Assembly: GCF_001194135.2 (NCBI RefSeq)
Contig: NC_068982.1
Coordinates: 171,608,290-171,672,095 of the forward strand
Direction: 5' to 3'
Length of the DNA: 63,806 nt
From: Octopus bimaculoides
Lineage: Eukaryota
The notes under the pieces are model-generated. The model was given only the letters and a program-made list of their open reading frames with translations, was not told where the DNA came from and ran no database searches. Of the stretch, positions 63,269 through 63,806 are shown one piece after another. Position numbers and translations under genes: made by a program. Position 1 is the stretch's first letter. Each line of letters begins with the position of its first letter.

Positions 63269-63280
63269 CTCTCCAATACC

Positions 63281-63310
63281 GGAAGCAAGCTTCTTACCAC
63301 ACAGCCACGC
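63281..63310 (-). mobile_element. SINE family B head, part right of the insertion
   Basis: ggaagcaagcttcttaccacacagccacgc is the reverse of gcgtggctgtgtggtaagaagcttgcttcc. Confidence 0.75.
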
Positions 63311-63407
63311 ACACATAGATGTACAATATTTTTTATACAAATACGTACACTCATATATACATGTAATTTTATGCAAAAATGCACATAGATAGATAGATAG
63401 ATATGCT

Positions 63408-63737
63408 GAGACCCCCTTCGGTCATGACTGACCATGAGATTGCCCCTAGAAAGTTACCCTCGCAGGCACAAGTTCGGGCAAGGTTGTTTATGGAAGACCA
63501 GCAGTCGCCCATGCATACCGGCCTCCCCTCTCCACGCCACCAGTGTTATCCAAGGGAAGGGCAAAGGCCGATACAGCTTGGCACTTATGACGTCGCAACT
63601 TATTTCTACAGCTGAGTGAACTGGAGCAACGTGAAATAAAGTGTCTTACTCTAAAACACATGCACTTCGGTCCGGGATTCGAACTCGCAACCTCACGATT
63701 GTAAGATCGACGCTCTAACCACTGAGCCATGCGCCTT
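63408..63737 (-). mobile_element. SINE family C (tail C1), full length
   Basis: A box TGGCTCAGTGGT, B box GAGTTCGAATCC, CORE-like agtaagacactttatttcacgttgctccagttcactcagctg; tail shared with 43839-44115. Confidence 0.92.
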
Positions 63738-63763
63738 CATGTATGTAGGCGCCTATATGTATG

Positions 63764-63806
<43 letters not shown>

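Larger units (their letters stand above)
60813..63280 (-). mobile_element. ORF1-only (half-L1/Tx1-like) non-LTR element
   Basis: Exact 15-bp TSD ggaagcaagcttctt (60798-60812, 63281-63295). Ends in AATAAA at the left TSD. One gag-like ORF, no ORF2 sequence; the 594-N gap lies 5' of the zinc knuckle. Confidence 0.75.

Noticed and set aside
63660-63737. tRNA gene calls here and at 51295-51360, 48150-48217, 53858-53930
   Set aside because: A/B boxes are present, but there is no closing acceptor stem and the sequence runs into SINE bodies; these are tRNA-derived heads.
1-63806. CRISPR array, rRNA, operon or prokaryotic defence system
   Set aside because: No repeat-spacer array, rRNA motifs or dense coding; the sequence is eukaryotic repeat-rich DNA.

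Overview
AT-rich eukaryotic non-coding DNA from a gappy short-read scaffold, with about 16 N-runs and dense (TA)n, (TG)n, (TATG)n, (GATA)n and trinucleotide microsatellites. The repeat make-up resembles an octopus/cephalopod genome (inference; no search run). I find no supportable host protein-coding gene, rRNA, true tRNA gene or CRISPR array. Nearly all ORFs in the supplied track are N-gap or microsatellite artefacts. The window is a layered transposon landscape: several tRNA-derived SINE families (my labels A, B, C), Penelope-like element (PLE) remnants and hammerhead-ribozyme (HHR)-like motifs, mariner/Tc1 remnants, a Chapaev3-type DNA transposon nested in a mariner, and an R4/Dong-like LINE end embedded in (TAA)n. 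Best leads: (1) 60813-63280, an apparently complete ORF1-only (half-L1-like) non-LTR element. It has a 15-bp TSD, an exactly spaced Inr+DPE internal promoter and duplicated 5' modules. It sits at the same site of SINE family B that is hit by an independent insertion at 44884. (2) 51074-51375, a composite of a tRNA-like Pol III head, a (TAA)n tract and a hammerhead-like motif. (3) Two unrelated Tc1/mariner derivatives, each built from two inverted 5' ends. All family names come from motif recognition by eye, not from database searches.
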